Shown here piece after piece: positions 19,361-30,587 of a stretch of 64,000 bases of DNA. The first letter of the stretch is position 1, and every line of letters begins with the position of its first letter. The notes beneath the pieces were generated by a model, which saw only the letters and a list, made by a program, of their open reading frames with translations, was not told the DNA's origin and did no database searches. Made by a program: the position numbers and the translations under genes. The stretch lies in the NCBI GenBank assembly GCA_965228475.1, contig OZ245817.1:4942158-5006157 (forward strand). Reading direction: 5' to 3'. Source of the stretch: Myxococcota bacterium. GTDB lineage: Bacteria > Myxococcota_A > UBA9160 > JAFDDA01.

Positions 19361-19936
19361 ATGGCACGGGAACCGCGCATCCTCGCTGGCTTCGTCCAGG
19401 GAACGCTCGAAGCGATCGACGCCCTCGACGCCGAGCTCGGCGCGCGCACCCGCGAAGCGCTGAAACCCGAAGTCCTTGCGCAGATCGACGAGGCCTGGGC
19501 CGCGAGCTGGCTGCCCATCGAGTGCGATGCGGCCCTCACCGAAGCGCTCTTCGAAGTCGCCGGCGAGCGGCGCGCATGCGAGGTCATGCGGGAGAATCTC
19601 GTCGCGACCTTCCGCAAGCCCATCCTTGAGACGCTCGTCCTGGCCTCGCTCCGCACGTTCAAGGCCAGCCCGGCGGGCCTGCTGCGCGTCGCACCGCGCG
19701 TCTGGGGGCTGCTCCTCCGGGATGCGGGAACCATGACCGTCGAGGCGGGGGAGCAGAGCGTCCGGGTCCGCATGACCGGCCTCCCTCCCGAGGTCGCACA
19801 GAGCCGCCCCTACCTGCTGGGCATCGAGGCGTCGATCTCGGCGATCTTCGAGCTGGTGGACGTCTGCGGCACGAGCCGGCTCGAATCCCACGAGGGAAGC
19901 GAGGCGTGCTTCCTCGTCGAGTGGGAGCCAAGCTAG
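19361..19936 (+). CDS. Hypothetical protein, Myxococcales DUF2378/H-NOX-V4R-like
   Basis: SWLP motif, helical N-terminus, PRVWGLL.RDAG, beta-rich end with terminal W; GC3-rich frame. Confidence 0.55.
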   Translation: MAREPRILAGFVQGTLEAIDALDAELGARTREALKPEVLAQIDEAWAASWLPIECDAALTEALFEVAGERRACEVMRENLVATFRKPILETLVLASLRTFKASPAGLLRVAPRVWGLLLRDAGTMTVEAGEQSVRVRMTGLPPEVAQSRPYLLGIEASISAIFELVDVCGTSRLESHEGSEACFLVEWEPS

Positions 19937-19950
19937 GGTACTCTCGCGCC

Positions 19951-20751
19951 ATGGAGAGCGAGGCCCAAAGCCCCGACCGATCGCTCCGCAGCTCGGCCTC
20001 CCCGTGGACGCTCCTGCGCACGGCGCTCGGCGGCCCCCGCGAGATCGCCGGAAAGCTCCGCCGTCTCGGCCGCACCGTCCGGCTCTACGTCTCCCCGGGC
20101 GAGGTGCGTGGCCGGCTCGAGAACCTGCGCGCCGCGGGCCTCATCGACGAGATCCCGGGCCGCGCGCAGATCTTCTTCGGCGGCCTCGACATGCTGCGCT
20201 TCGTGATCTCTCCCTTCGCGCGGGAGTACTACGAGCAGCAGGGCATCTCCTTCGGATTCCATCAGCTTCTGCGCGTGCTCGACGATCCGGTCTCGATGAT
20301 CGACCCGACCGGGTTCCTCTCCGAGCGCGACACGATCATCGGCCACGTGATGCAGGTCGTTCATCTGAACCCGATCTACGACCTCCAGCTCATGACGATG
20401 TTCGAGGGCGGCCTCGAGGAGTTCGAGCGGCAGGTCGAGCAGATGGTCGAGGGCACGCATCCGCGCCACCGGACGATCTCGGCGATCGTCGAGGAGCCCG
20501 GGTACCACGCGGATCTGCTCACCTACGTGCGCCGCTACCGGGCGGATCCGAAGGCGGCGCCGATCGTCCGCGAGCAGGGGCCCCTGCGCTCGGACCCCCG
20601 CGCGGCGGCCGCCGAGCGGACCTTCGCCACCCTCCCGGGCTTCGTGCGGTATTGCCACCGGCTGCCCACCGGGTTCGCGGCCAACCTGGCCCGGCTCCGG
20701 CGGGTCGACGGTTTCCCCATCGAGTGGGCGGAGCCCGAAGCCGCGGCCTGA
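19951..20751 (+). CDS. Hypothetical protein
   Basis: 266-aa ORF with typical codon usage; no family recognised. Confidence 0.7.
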   Translation: MESEAQSPDRSLRSSASPWTLLRTALGGPREIAGKLRRLGRTVRLYVSPGEVRGRLENLRAAGLIDEIPGRAQIFFGGLDMLRFVISPFAREYYEQQGISFGFHQLLRVLDDPVSMIDPTGFLSERDTIIGHVMQVVHLNPIYDLQLMTMFEGGLEEFERQVEQMVEGTHPRHRTISAIVEEPGYHADLLTYVRRYRADPKAAPIVREQGPLRSDPRAAAAERTFATLPGFVRYCHRLPTGFAANLARLRRVDGFPIEWAEPEAAA

Positions 20752-20780
20752 GCCCGGCCCCGCACGAGCCCGGGGCGGGG

Positions 20781-20798
20781 TGCAGGCTGCAGCTTGCA
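20781..20798. promoter_or_regulatory. Palindrome, putative enhancer site for a sigma54 activator
   Basis: TGCAGGCTGCAGCTTGCA (16/18 self-complementary), about 85 bp upstream of the -24 box, with further TTGCA words nearby. Confidence 0.45.
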
Positions 20799-20882
20799 GC
20801 GGAGCCCCGGCCTTGCAGGACCGCCGCGGGCGCGTGTCTTGCAAGTACCTGATTTCATTGCGATTCGGATGGCCGAGGGGCG

Positions 20883-20898
20883 CGGCACGGCGCTTGCT
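20883..20898 (+). promoter_or_regulatory. sigma54 (-24/-12) promoter
   Basis: CGGCACG-GCGC-TTGCT with GG-N10-GC spacing, upstream of the kinase/NtrC operon. Confidence 0.7.
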
Positions 20899-20940
20899 AT
20901 CCGCAAGGGTCATGCGAGACCCTAGAATCCCGAGGAAGTC

Positions 20941-22115
20941 ATGAACCGCCACCACCGATCCCGCCGGGCCTCCCGTCGCACGCGCCGAGCCGAGCGAGCC
21001 GGCCGAGGCCGCGGGCCCGAGCCGCCCGAGGGCTCCGAGTGGCTCGACACGCTCTCGGACCACGAGGTCGAGCGGGAGCTCTCCCGCCGCGAGCGGGAGG
21101 AGGCCCGCGCCGCCCGTCGCGCCCGCCGGGGCCGGCGCAGCCGCGACCTCTCTCCCGAGGAGCGCGCCTATCTCGAGGCCCGCCGGAAGGCCAACGCGCG
21201 CCTCGGTTTCCTCTTCCACTTCATTCCCTACGCCGCGACGTGCTTCTTCCTGCTGCTCGTCGCCGGCTTCCGGGCGTTCCTCTCCGTCGCCGTCTTCTGG
21301 GGCATCGGCGTCGCGTGCCACTGGTTCGCGATGCAGGGGCCGGAGCTCCGCCGGCGCTGGGTCGAGGACGAGGTGAACAAGAAGCTCACGAGCTCGGTGC
21401 ATCAAGAGCGGCGGGTGATGAAGACCCAGCACAACCGCTCGATGGAGGAGCTCACGGCGAGCATCGCCCACGAGATCCGCAACCCGATCACCGCGGCCAA
21501 GAGCCTCGTCCAGCAGATGGGCGAGGATCCCGCCGCGGACGACAACATCGAGTACGCGAAGGTGGCCCTCGAGGAACTCGACCGTGTCGAGCGCTCCGTC
21601 TCCCATCTCCTGAAGTTCGCGCGCGACGAGGACGTGCACATGTCGGACATGACCATGTCCGACGTGATCGAAGCCGCCCTCGACACGTTCCAGGACCGCA
21701 TCCAGAGCCTCGGCGTCGAGATCCACAAGGAGCTCGACGCGGAAGGCGCCATGCGCGGCGACCCGGAGAAGCTCCGCCGCGTGATCATCAACCTGTTCGG
21801 CAACGCGCTCGACGCCCTCGAGCAGTCCGGCACGCGCAACCCGAGCGTCGCGATCCAGGCCGGCGAGAATCTCGCGGGGACGGAGGTCTGGGTGCGCATC
21901 CGCGACAACGGCCCCGGCATGGAGCCCGAGCGCGTCGACAAGATCTTCAAGCCCTTCTACACGTCGAAGGCGAACGGGACGGGCCTCGGCCTCGCCATCA
22001 CGAAGAAGCTCGTCGATGCGCACGGCGGCACGATTGAAGCGGCCTCGCGGCCGGGCGACGGGGCGGAGTTCCTGCTGACCTTCCCGAAGTCCGGCGGCAC
22101 GAACGAGGCTTCCGT

Positions 22116-22119
<4 letters not shown>
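20941..22119 (+). CDS. Sensor histidine kinase with N-terminal 2TM domain
   Basis: ARRKANARLGFLFH..Y...WGIG..HW 2TM pattern; AHEIRNP H-box; N, DNGPG, FYTSK and GTGLGL boxes. Confidence 0.92.
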
Positions 22120-23521
<1,402 letters not shown>

Positions 23522-23525
<4 letters not shown>

Positions 23526-23935
23526 GATCGACGGTGGATGCAGTGGACGATTGGCTCGAAGAGAACCTGCACGGCGGGCGTACGGACGCGGCGCGCATGC
23601 GGCGCCGGCGCGAGCGACTGGGCCTCCTGCGCTCGCGCGACGAGCTGCGCCGGGCGGCGGCGAGCGTGCTCTTCCTGCGCAACAAGCTCGAAGCGGAGCA
23701 GACCGAGCGCCGGGTGCGCATGGCGCGCGCGTGCCACGCCATCCTGCGCGCGGCGCGCGACGAGGACGACGCCACGGCCCTGCCCCTGCTTCGCTACCGC
23801 GACATGCTGCGGGAGAGGGCGAAGGCCGCGGAGGAAGAGCTCGCCGGGCTGCGGACCCAGGCGGCCGACGCCAAATCGGCCCTCGCCCGCATCACGCGGC
23901 AGCTCGGACGCTTCGACCGGGCCCGCGGCGAGTGA
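23522..23935 (+). CDS. Coiled-coil protein, truncated PspA/IM30-like
   Basis: ATGA overlap with ntrC-like gene; AAASVLFLRNKLE...AARDEDDATALPLL...AEEEL...AKSAL pattern resembles the PspA helical hairpin. Confidence 0.55.
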
Positions 23936-23966
23936 GGCGCGCCCCCTCGACCCCCGGCCCCGGCGC

Positions 23967-24716
23967 GTGAAGCTCCACCGCCTGGCCTGCGGCTGGCTCA
24001 CGGGGCCGGCGCCCGCGTTCCTCGAGAACGGCGAAGGGCGGCTGCGCGTCCCCGTTCCTGCCTGGCTGATCGAGCACCCGCGCGGCACGGTGCTCTTCGA
24101 CGCGGGCATGCACCCCGACGTCGCAACGGACGCGCCGGCCCGCCTCGGCCCCCTCGCGCAGATCTTCGACGCCGAATACGCCCCCGCCGACCGCTGCGCG
24201 GCGCGCATCGAGGAGCGCGGCTTCGACCCCGGCCGCATCGACTTCCTCGTGAACTCGCACCTGCACTTCGACCACGCCGGCGGGAACGAAACGGTTCCGA
24301 ACGCGCGCCTCGTCCTCCAGCGCCGGGAGTGGGAGGCCGGGAACGACCCGGACCTCGCCGCGAGCAACGGCTATGCGAAGCACGACTTCGACCACGGCCA
24401 CGATCGCCTGCTCGTCGACGGCGAGCACGACCTGTTCGGTGACGGCAGTGTCGTGTGCATCCCGACCTACGGCCATACGCCGGGGCACCAATCGCTGCGC
24501 GTGCGCCTTCCCACGGGCGGCGAACACATCCTCACCGCCGACGCCTGCTACCTGCGCGAAACCCTCGACGCGCTCCACCTGCCCGGCGTGAGCCACGACC
24601 GCGAACAGATGCTCGCGACGCTCCACCGCCTCCGCGCGCTCGAAGCCGCCGGAAGCACCCTCGTCTTCGGCCACGACCCGGAACAATGGGCGACCCTGCC
24701 CGAAACCCTCGTCTGA
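23967..24716 (+). CDS. N-acyl homoserine lactonase-family metallo-beta-lactamase
   Basis: PVPAWLIEHPRG.VLFDAG, SHLHFDHAGG, GHTPGHQSL, ADACY, FGHD. Confidence 0.85.
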   Translation: MKLHRLACGWLTGPAPAFLENGEGRLRVPVPAWLIEHPRGTVLFDAGMHPDVATDAPARLGPLAQIFDAEYAPADRCAARIEERGFDPGRIDFLVNSHLHFDHAGGNETVPNARLVLQRREWEAGNDPDLAASNGYAKHDFDHGHDRLLVDGEHDLFGDGSVVCIPTYGHTPGHQSLRVRLPTGGEHILTADACYLRETLDALHLPGVSHDREQMLATLHRLRALEAAGSTLVFGHDPEQWATLPETLV

Positions 24717-24736
24717 CCACCGAACAGGGAGCCGCC

Positions 24737-25171
24737 ATGCCCACCGTCTCGGAACGTCTCTCCGCCGCCTTCGCCGGGCGTCCCGTGTGGATGAACGCGC
24801 TCATGCTCTTCTGCGCGTACATGGCCATCTTCTACTGCCCGTGGGACATCTTCGTGAAGCCGGTGGCGACGGACGAAGAGGTCTGGTTCGGCGTCATCTT
24901 CCACGGCGAGATGGCCAAGTGGCTCGCCATCCCGCACTGGATCGTGTACGCCGCCATGGCCTACGGCTTCTTCGGGATGCGCTCGTGGATGCACCCCTTC
25001 GCCGCGATCTACTGGGCGCAGGTCACCATCTCGATGCTCGTCTGGCCCATCCTCTACCGGGACGGCGCGGGCGCCTACGCCGTGGGCCTCGTCTCCTTCA
25101 GCCTGTTCGCGGCACTCACGCTCGCGATCTGGCGCGCGAAGCCGCTGTTCACCGGGGGGCGCCCCGGTTAG
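24737..25171 (+). CDS. Hypothetical membrane protein (about 4 TM)
   Basis: ATG after GGGAG; hydrophobic segments; DEEVWFG loop. Confidence 0.7.
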   Translation: MPTVSERLSAAFAGRPVWMNALMLFCAYMAIFYCPWDIFVKPVATDEEVWFGVIFHGEMAKWLAIPHWIVYAAMAYGFFGMRSWMHPFAAIYWAQVTISMLVWPILYRDGAGAYAVGLVSFSLFAALTLAIWRAKPLFTGGRPG

Positions 25172-25196
25172 GCTCTGGCGCCCAAGGGAGGCATCC

Positions 25197-25970
25197 GTGC
25201 CCGAGTTCTGCACCGCCGAGCGCGACGGTCACCTGACCGTCGTGACGATCAACCGTCCGGACGTGATGAACGCGCTGCATCCGCCCGCCTGCGCCGAGCT
25301 CGCCGAGGTCTTCGACGCCTTCGAGGCGGACCCGGACCAGTGGGTCGCGATCCTGACCGGCGAAGGCGACCGCGCCTTCTCCGCCGGCAACGATCTCAAG
25401 TTCCAGGCCGCGGGAGGCGACCTCTCCTGGCCGCCTTCGGGCTTCGGGGGAATCACGAGCCGCTTCGAAATGGAGAAGCCCGTCATCGCCGCGGTGAACG
25501 GCCTCGCTCTCGGCGGCGGCTGCGAGATGGTGCTGGCGTGCGACATCGCCGTCGCCTCGGCCAACGCGAGCCTCGGGTTGCCGGAACCGCGCGTCGGCCT
25601 GCTGGCCCTCGGCGGCGGCCTCCATCGCATCCCGCGCCAGGTCGCGAGCAAGCATGCGATGGGAATGCTGCTGACCGGACGGCGCGTGCCTGCGGAGGAG
25701 GCGCTCGCCATGGGTCTCGTGAACGAGGTCGTACCGGAGGGCGAAGCGCTCGCCGGCGCGCGCCGCTGGGCGGAGATGATCCTCGAGTGCGCGCCGCTCT
25801 CGGTCCGGGCGAGCAAGCGCGTCGCCCAGGAGACGCTGGCCCACGCGACCCTCGAGGCGGCGGTCGAGAGCTCCTACCCGGCGGTCCGCACCGTGCTGAA
25901 GAGCGACGACTTCCAGGAGGGCCCGCGCGCCTTCGCGGAAAAGCGCAAGCCGGATTGGAAGGGCCGCTAG
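25197..25970 (+). CDS. Enoyl-CoA hydratase (crotonase, CaiD-like)
   Basis: FSAGNDLK, AAVNGLALGGGCE, GLPEPRVG, AFAEKRKPDW. Confidence 0.92.
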   Translation: MPEFCTAERDGHLTVVTINRPDVMNALHPPACAELAEVFDAFEADPDQWVAILTGEGDRAFSAGNDLKFQAAGGDLSWPPSGFGGITSRFEMEKPVIAAVNGLALGGGCEMVLACDIAVASANASLGLPEPRVGLLALGGGLHRIPRQVASKHAMGMLLTGRRVPAEEALAMGLVNEVVPEGEALAGARRWAEMILECAPLSVRASKRVAQETLAHATLEAAVESSYPAVRTVLKSDDFQEGPRAFAEKRKPDWKGR

Positions 25971-26069
25971 CCGGGGCCGGCCGGGGATCTGCGGAAAGGC
26001 GCTCGCCGCCGCCATTTTCGCCGGTTCGCCGCCACTCAACTCCGTGCACCTCGATGCATCGGAGTCCCC

Positions 26070-26699
26070 ATGCGGAAGCCTCTCCTCCTGCTCTGTCTCC
26101 TGCTCGGCCACGCCGCCGCGGCCCAGGCCGGAACGCTCACCTTCTACACGGACCGCGCCGCCTGGCTCGCGGATGCGGCGACGGCCGGCCTGACCGTGAC
26201 GGTCGAGGACTTCGCGAGCGATCCGGGTTCCCTGGCGGCGCTCGACGTCGGCGGCGTCGAGATCGCCATCACCTCGACCCGCGCGGTCTGGGACGCTGGG
26301 AACGAGCGCATCGGCTACCTCTCGGGTGGCGGGCGCCTCCTCACCTTCGACGTGGTGTCGAGCCTCTCGCCGCTGTTCGGCTTCGGTCTCGATCTCGGTC
26401 CGACCATCGGGAACATCGGCACCACGGACGTCGACGGCGTGAGCCTCGCCGAGGGCGCCGGTGGCGGCGATCCGCACTTCCTCGGCGTGCTCGGCACCGC
26501 GGCGCTCGACCCGGCGAACCCCTTCCCCTCGAACCCCGCCCTTTCCTTCGACGACGAGTTCCTCACTTCGGGTCTCGCCCTGAGCGTGCACCTGGATGAT
26601 CTGAGCGTCGCGACGGGCGTGCCCGAGCCGGGCCGGCTCGGGCTGCTCGCGTTCGCTTCTGCGGCGCTGGCCGCGAGCCGTCGCTCGCTCCGCCGCTAG
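26070..26699 (+). CDS. PEP-CTERM sorting-domain secreted protein
   Basis: Signal peptide ending AQA; C-terminal VPEP + hydrophobic stretch + RRSLRR. Confidence 0.85.
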   Translation: MRKPLLLLCLLLGHAAAAQAGTLTFYTDRAAWLADAATAGLTVTVEDFASDPGSLAALDVGGVEIAITSTRAVWDAGNERIGYLSGGGRLLTFDVVSSLSPLFGFGLDLGPTIGNIGTTDVDGVSLAEGAGGGDPHFLGVLGTAALDPANPFPSNPALSFDDEFLTSGLALSVHLDDLSVATGVPEPGRLGLLAFASAALAASRRSLRR

Positions 26700-27742
26700 G
26701 CCCAGCAGACCGCCACGGTGCGCGGCCCGCGGTAGGGCAGCCGTCCGTGGGAGGTGCTGTGGTTGTCGATGGCCACCACGTCGCCCTGCTGCCAGCGCTC
26801 GATCACCAGGTGACGCCAGACGACGTCGCGCACGTGGTCGAGGTCCGCGTCCGGGATCTCGCGGCCGTCGAGGTAGGTGCACTCCATGGCCCGCCGCTCG
26901 ACGGGGGTCCGGCGCTGCAGCACGGAGAGCACGCGCGCCACGCCCACCAGCGCCCGGTTGCGCCAGCTCGGCCGGAGTTCGGCGATCTTCCGGTACTCGC
27001 CCTCGGCCTGGGAGCTGTGGAAGCTCGTCACGTGGTTGTGCCACACGGTCTCGCCGGTCGCCGGATGGGTGCGGGTGACGGGCTGGGTCGAGACGAGCCG
27101 GAGACCGTCCTCGTCAACCCACTCGGCGCGGAACCCCTGCTCGGCGCATTTGGCTTCGACCGCGGCGCGGTCCGTGGTGAGGAACATCTCGTGCCACGGC
27201 TTGAGCCGCCAGAGATCGAAGCGGCTTCCGCCCGAGGGCCCCGAGTAGTTGCGAACGATGCGGAGCCCGCCCTCTTCGAAGCGCTTCTTCACGCCGGGGT
27301 CGAGGTCGCGCCAGACGCGACGGAAGTCGCAGAGCGGCGTCTCACCGCCCTCGCCTTCGTTCGGCTCGAGGGCGCTGAAGAACACGCGGCGCGGCGGGTC
27401 CGCCGTGAAGCTCATCTCGCAGTGCTGCGGGATGGGGAAGAACGGCGGTAGCTCGCTCGCCGAGAAGACGTATCCGGATTCGGTGATTGCGTCGCGGGGA
27501 GACGTGCCGAGATACTCCCTCGCGAGTTCCGGCTCGATCGCACGCGCGACGGTCTCGAAGTCGTCGCCGCTACGCACGGAGAAACCGCGAAAGAGCAGCG
27601 CGCCGTGGGCGGTCAGCTGCTCGGCCACCCACTCGGGGCGTTCGCGGAGCCACCCCGCCAGGCGGGCGACCGAGCCGTCCTGCCCGGCGCGAATGGCGAG
27701 GGGAAGCCCGCTCTCGGTGAGCGGCGCGATTTCGTAGCTCAT
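26696..27742 (-). CDS. TauD/TfdA family Fe(II)/2OG dioxygenase, SyrP-like
   Basis: HGALLFRGF, HCE, GGETPLCD, WQQGDVVAIDN...HGR. Confidence 0.88.
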   Translation of the reverse strand: MSYEIAPLTESGLPLAIRAGQDGSVARLAGWLRERPEWVAEQLTAHGALLFRGFSVRSGDDFETVARAIEPELAREYLGTSPRDAITESGYVFSASELPPFFPIPQHCEMSFTADPPRRVFFSALEPNEGEGGETPLCDFRRVWRDLDPGVKKRFEEGGLRIVRNYSGPSGGSRFDLWRLKPWHEMFLTTDRAAVEAKCAEQGFRAEWVDEDGLRLVSTQPVTRTHPATGETVWHNHVTSFHSSQAEGEYRKIAELRPSWRNRALVGVARVLSVLQRRTPVERRAMECTYLDGREIPDADLDHVRDVVWRHLVIERWQQGDVVAIDNHSTSHGRLPYRGPRTVAVCWA

Positions 27743-27867
27743 GGACCGATTCTCCCACCGCGGACGGGGCCACCACAAGGGCTGCTTGGTGCCCGCGATC
27801 CGGCAGTTGCTTGGTGCCGCCCGTCGGTCAGTTAAGATGGCGGCCGCGCCCACGGAAAGGATTCCAA

Positions 27868-28485
27868 GTGAAACTCTATGACAGCATCGGCCCGAACCCC
27901 CGGGTCGTGCGGATCTTCGCCGCCGAGAAGGGCATCGAGCTCGAGAAGGAGACCGTCGATCTCCGGGGCGGCGAGAATCGCCAGGCGGAGCACCTCGCCC
28001 GCAACCCCGCCGGCCAGACGCCCTGCCTCGAACTCGACGACGGCAGCTTCCTCTCGGAGATCACCGTGATCTGCGAGTACCTCGAAGAAAAGAAGCCCGA
28101 GCCGGCTCTCATCGGGACGACGCCCGAGGAGCGTGCGGAAACCCGCATGTGGACCCGCCGCATCGACCTGAACATCGCGGAGAACACGCTCAACGGCTTC
28201 CGCTTCGCGGAGGGGCTCGGCCTCTTCAAGGATCGCATCCGCGTGATCCCCCAGGCCGCGGACGACCTGAAGGCCACGCGCCAGGACAAGCTCCTCTGGC
28301 TCGACGGTCTGCTCGAAGGCCGCAACTGGGTCTGCGGCGATCGCTTCACCCTGGCCGACGTGCTGCTGTTCGCCATGTGCGAGTTCGGGAACCAGGTCGG
28401 GCAACCGCTTCCCGAGGGCGCGAGCTGGCTGCCCGGCTGGTACGAGCGCGTCTCGAAGCGTCCCTCGATCGAGGCCTCGCAATGA
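27868..28485 (+). CDS. Glutathione S-transferase
   Basis: [38 protein letters not shown]. Confidence 0.9.
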   Translation: MKLYDSIGPNPRVVRIFAAEKGIELEKETVDLRGGENRQAEHLARNPAGQTPCLELDDGSFLSEITVICEYLEEKKPEPALIGTTPEERAETRMWTRRIDLNIAENTLNGFRFAEGLGLFKDRIRVIPQAADDLKATRQDKLLWLDGLLEGRNWVCGDRFTLADVLLFAMCEFGNQVGQPLPEGASWLPGWYERVSKRPSIEASQ

Positions 28486-29153
28486 TCGAGCTGCTGACGG
28501 CGCCGACGCCCAATGGGTGGAAGGCGTCGATCGCGCTCGAGGAGATGGCCCTGCCCTACGAGGTCCGGGCCATCGACCTCGGCGCGCTCGAGCAGAAGGA
28601 GGAGTGGTTCCTCGCGACCAACCCGAACGGCCGCATCCCCGCGATCATCGACCACGGTGAAGGCGACTTCGCCGTGTTCGAATCCGGCGCCATCCTCGTG
28701 TACCTGGCCGAGAAGACCGGCCAGTTCCTGCCGAGCGACGCCAAGGGGCGCTCCGTCGTCCTCCAGTGGCTGATGTTCCAGATGGGCGGGCTCGGCCCGA
28801 TGCAGGGCCAGGCGAACGTCTTCTTCCGCTACGCGGAGGAGAAGATTCCCTTCGCCATCGCGCGCTACCAGAACGAGACGCGGCGGCTCTACGAGGTGCT
28901 CGACCGCCGCCTCGGCGAAGCCGAATACCTGGCCGGCGACTACTCGATCGCCGACATGGCGGCCTGGCCGTGGGTCTCGCTGCACGGCTGGGCGGGCGTC
29001 GAGGTCGAAGGCCTCGGCAACCTCGAGCGCTGGCTCGAGGCGGTCGGAGGCCGCCCCGCGGTGCAGCGCGGCCGCGCCGTTCCCCAGCCGCCCGAAGCGC
29101 GGCCCGACCCCGACGCGATCGTCAAGGCCGGCTCGAAGATGCTCGGGAAGTAG
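28482..29153 (+). CDS. Glutathione S-transferase, YfcG/YghU (Nu-class)-like
   Basis: [38 protein letters not shown]. Confidence 0.9.
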   Translation: MIELLTAPTPNGWKASIALEEMALPYEVRAIDLGALEQKEEWFLATNPNGRIPAIIDHGEGDFAVFESGAILVYLAEKTGQFLPSDAKGRSVVLQWLMFQMGGLGPMQGQANVFFRYAEEKIPFAIARYQNETRRLYEVLDRRLGEAEYLAGDYSIADMAAWPWVSLHGWAGVEVEGLGNLERWLEAVGGRPAVQRGRAVPQPPEARPDPDAIVKAGSKMLGK

Positions 29154-29155
29154 CC

Positions 29156-29815
29156 GTGCCGATCGAACTCGAACGCGACGGCGACGTCTTCGTGCTCCGC
29201 ATGCGCGAGGGGGAGAACCGCTTCAACCGGAACTTCATGGACGCGCTGTGCTCGGCGCTCGACGAGGTCGAGCGGAGCGAGGGAGCGGCGGCGCTCGTCA
29301 CCGTCGGGGAGGGCAAGTTCTATTCGAACGGGCTCGATCTCGCCTGGATGGGCGGCGAAGGCAAGGATCAGGCCGACGACCTGCTCCGTGACGTCCACAA
29401 GATGTTCGCGCGCTTCCTCGCCTTCCCGCTGGTGACCGTCGCCGCGATGAACGGCCACGCCTTCGCGGGCGGCGGGATGATGGCGCTCGCCCAGGACTTC
29501 CGGGTCATGCGCAGCGACCGCGGTTACTTCTGCCTGCCCGAAGCGGACCTCGGCCTGCCGCTCACGCCCGGCATGAACGCGGTGGTGACGGGCAAGCTCC
29601 CGAAGGTGACCGCCCACGAGGCGATCGTCACCGGCCAGCGCTACGGCGGGGAGGACTGCGCACGCCTCGGCATCGTTCACGAGGCCGTGCCCGAGGCCGA
29701 GGTGTTGCCGCGCGCGCTCGAGCGGGTCCGCCCGCTCGTGGGCAAGGACCGCGGCACGCAAGCCGCGCTGAAGCGCCGCCTCTACGAGGCCGAGCTCGCG
29801 ATCCTCGAGGGCTGA
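29156..29815 (+). CDS. Enoyl-CoA hydratase/isomerase (delta3-delta2 isomerase-like)
   Basis: KFYSNGLDL, NGHAFAGG, RGYFCLPEADLG. Confidence 0.88.
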   Translation: MPIELERDGDVFVLRMREGENRFNRNFMDALCSALDEVERSEGAAALVTVGEGKFYSNGLDLAWMGGEGKDQADDLLRDVHKMFARFLAFPLVTVAAMNGHAFAGGGMMALAQDFRVMRSDRGYFCLPEADLGLPLTPGMNAVVTGKLPKVTAHEAIVTGQRYGGEDCARLGIVHEAVPEAEVLPRALERVRPLVGKDRGTQAALKRRLYEAELAILEG

Positions 29816-29817
29816 CC

Positions 29818-30567
29818 GTGCGCTTCGAGGGAAAGGTCGCCTGCGTGACCGGCGCCGGGTCGGGGATCGGCGAGGCGGTCGCCCTGCGCCTGGCGCGGGA
29901 GGGCGCGCGCATCCACGGCGTCGACGTCGACGGCGGGGAGCTCGAGCGGGTCGCGGAAGGCGTGAGGGCCGCCGGCTCGGAGCTTCGCGCGTTCACGGCG
30001 GACGTGTCGGACCGCGAGGCCTGCTTCGCCGCGGTGGCGGACGCCGTTTCCGGCTTCGGCGGCGTCGACGTCCTGTGCAACATCGCCGGGATCTTCCGTT
30101 CGGCGCGCGCGCACGAGATGGCCGCCGAAGACTGGGAACGCGTGCTCGCCGTGAACTTGAACGGCGCCTTCTACATGAGCCAGGCGGCCATCCCGCACCT
30201 GATCGAGCGCGGTGGCAACATCGTCAACATGGCGAGCAACGCCGGGCTCATGGGCCAGGCCTACACGGCGGCCTACGGCGCGAGCAAGGCGGCGCTCATC
30301 AACCTCACGAAGTCGCTGGCCATGGAGTACATGAAGGACGGGATCCGCGTGAACGCGCTCGCGCCCTCCGGGACCGTCACCAAGCTCGCGATCGGCGTGA
30401 AGTTCCCGGACGACCCGGACCCCGACCTCACCGCGCGCTACTCCGGCATGCGCGGGGTCAGCCTGCCCGAGGAGGTCGCCGAGGCGGTCGCCTACCTCGC
30501 GAGTGACGCCGCCAGCTCCGTTCACGGCGCGGTCTGGACCCTCGACAACGGAGTGACCGCGGGCTGA
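29818..30567 (+). CDS. Short-chain dehydrogenase/reductase
   Basis: TGAGSGIG, NIAG, YGASK catalytic motif. Confidence 0.92.
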   Translation: MRFEGKVACVTGAGSGIGEAVALRLAREGARIHGVDVDGGELERVAEGVRAAGSELRAFTADVSDREACFAAVADAVSGFGGVDVLCNIAGIFRSARAHEMAAEDWERVLAVNLNGAFYMSQAAIPHLIERGGNIVNMASNAGLMGQAYTAAYGASKAALINLTKSLAMEYMKDGIRVNALAPSGTVTKLAIGVKFPDDPDPDLTARYSGMRGVSLPEEVAEAVAYLASDAASSVHGAVWTLDNGVTAG

Positions 30568-30587
30568 GCCACGGCCCCGCCCGCTCT

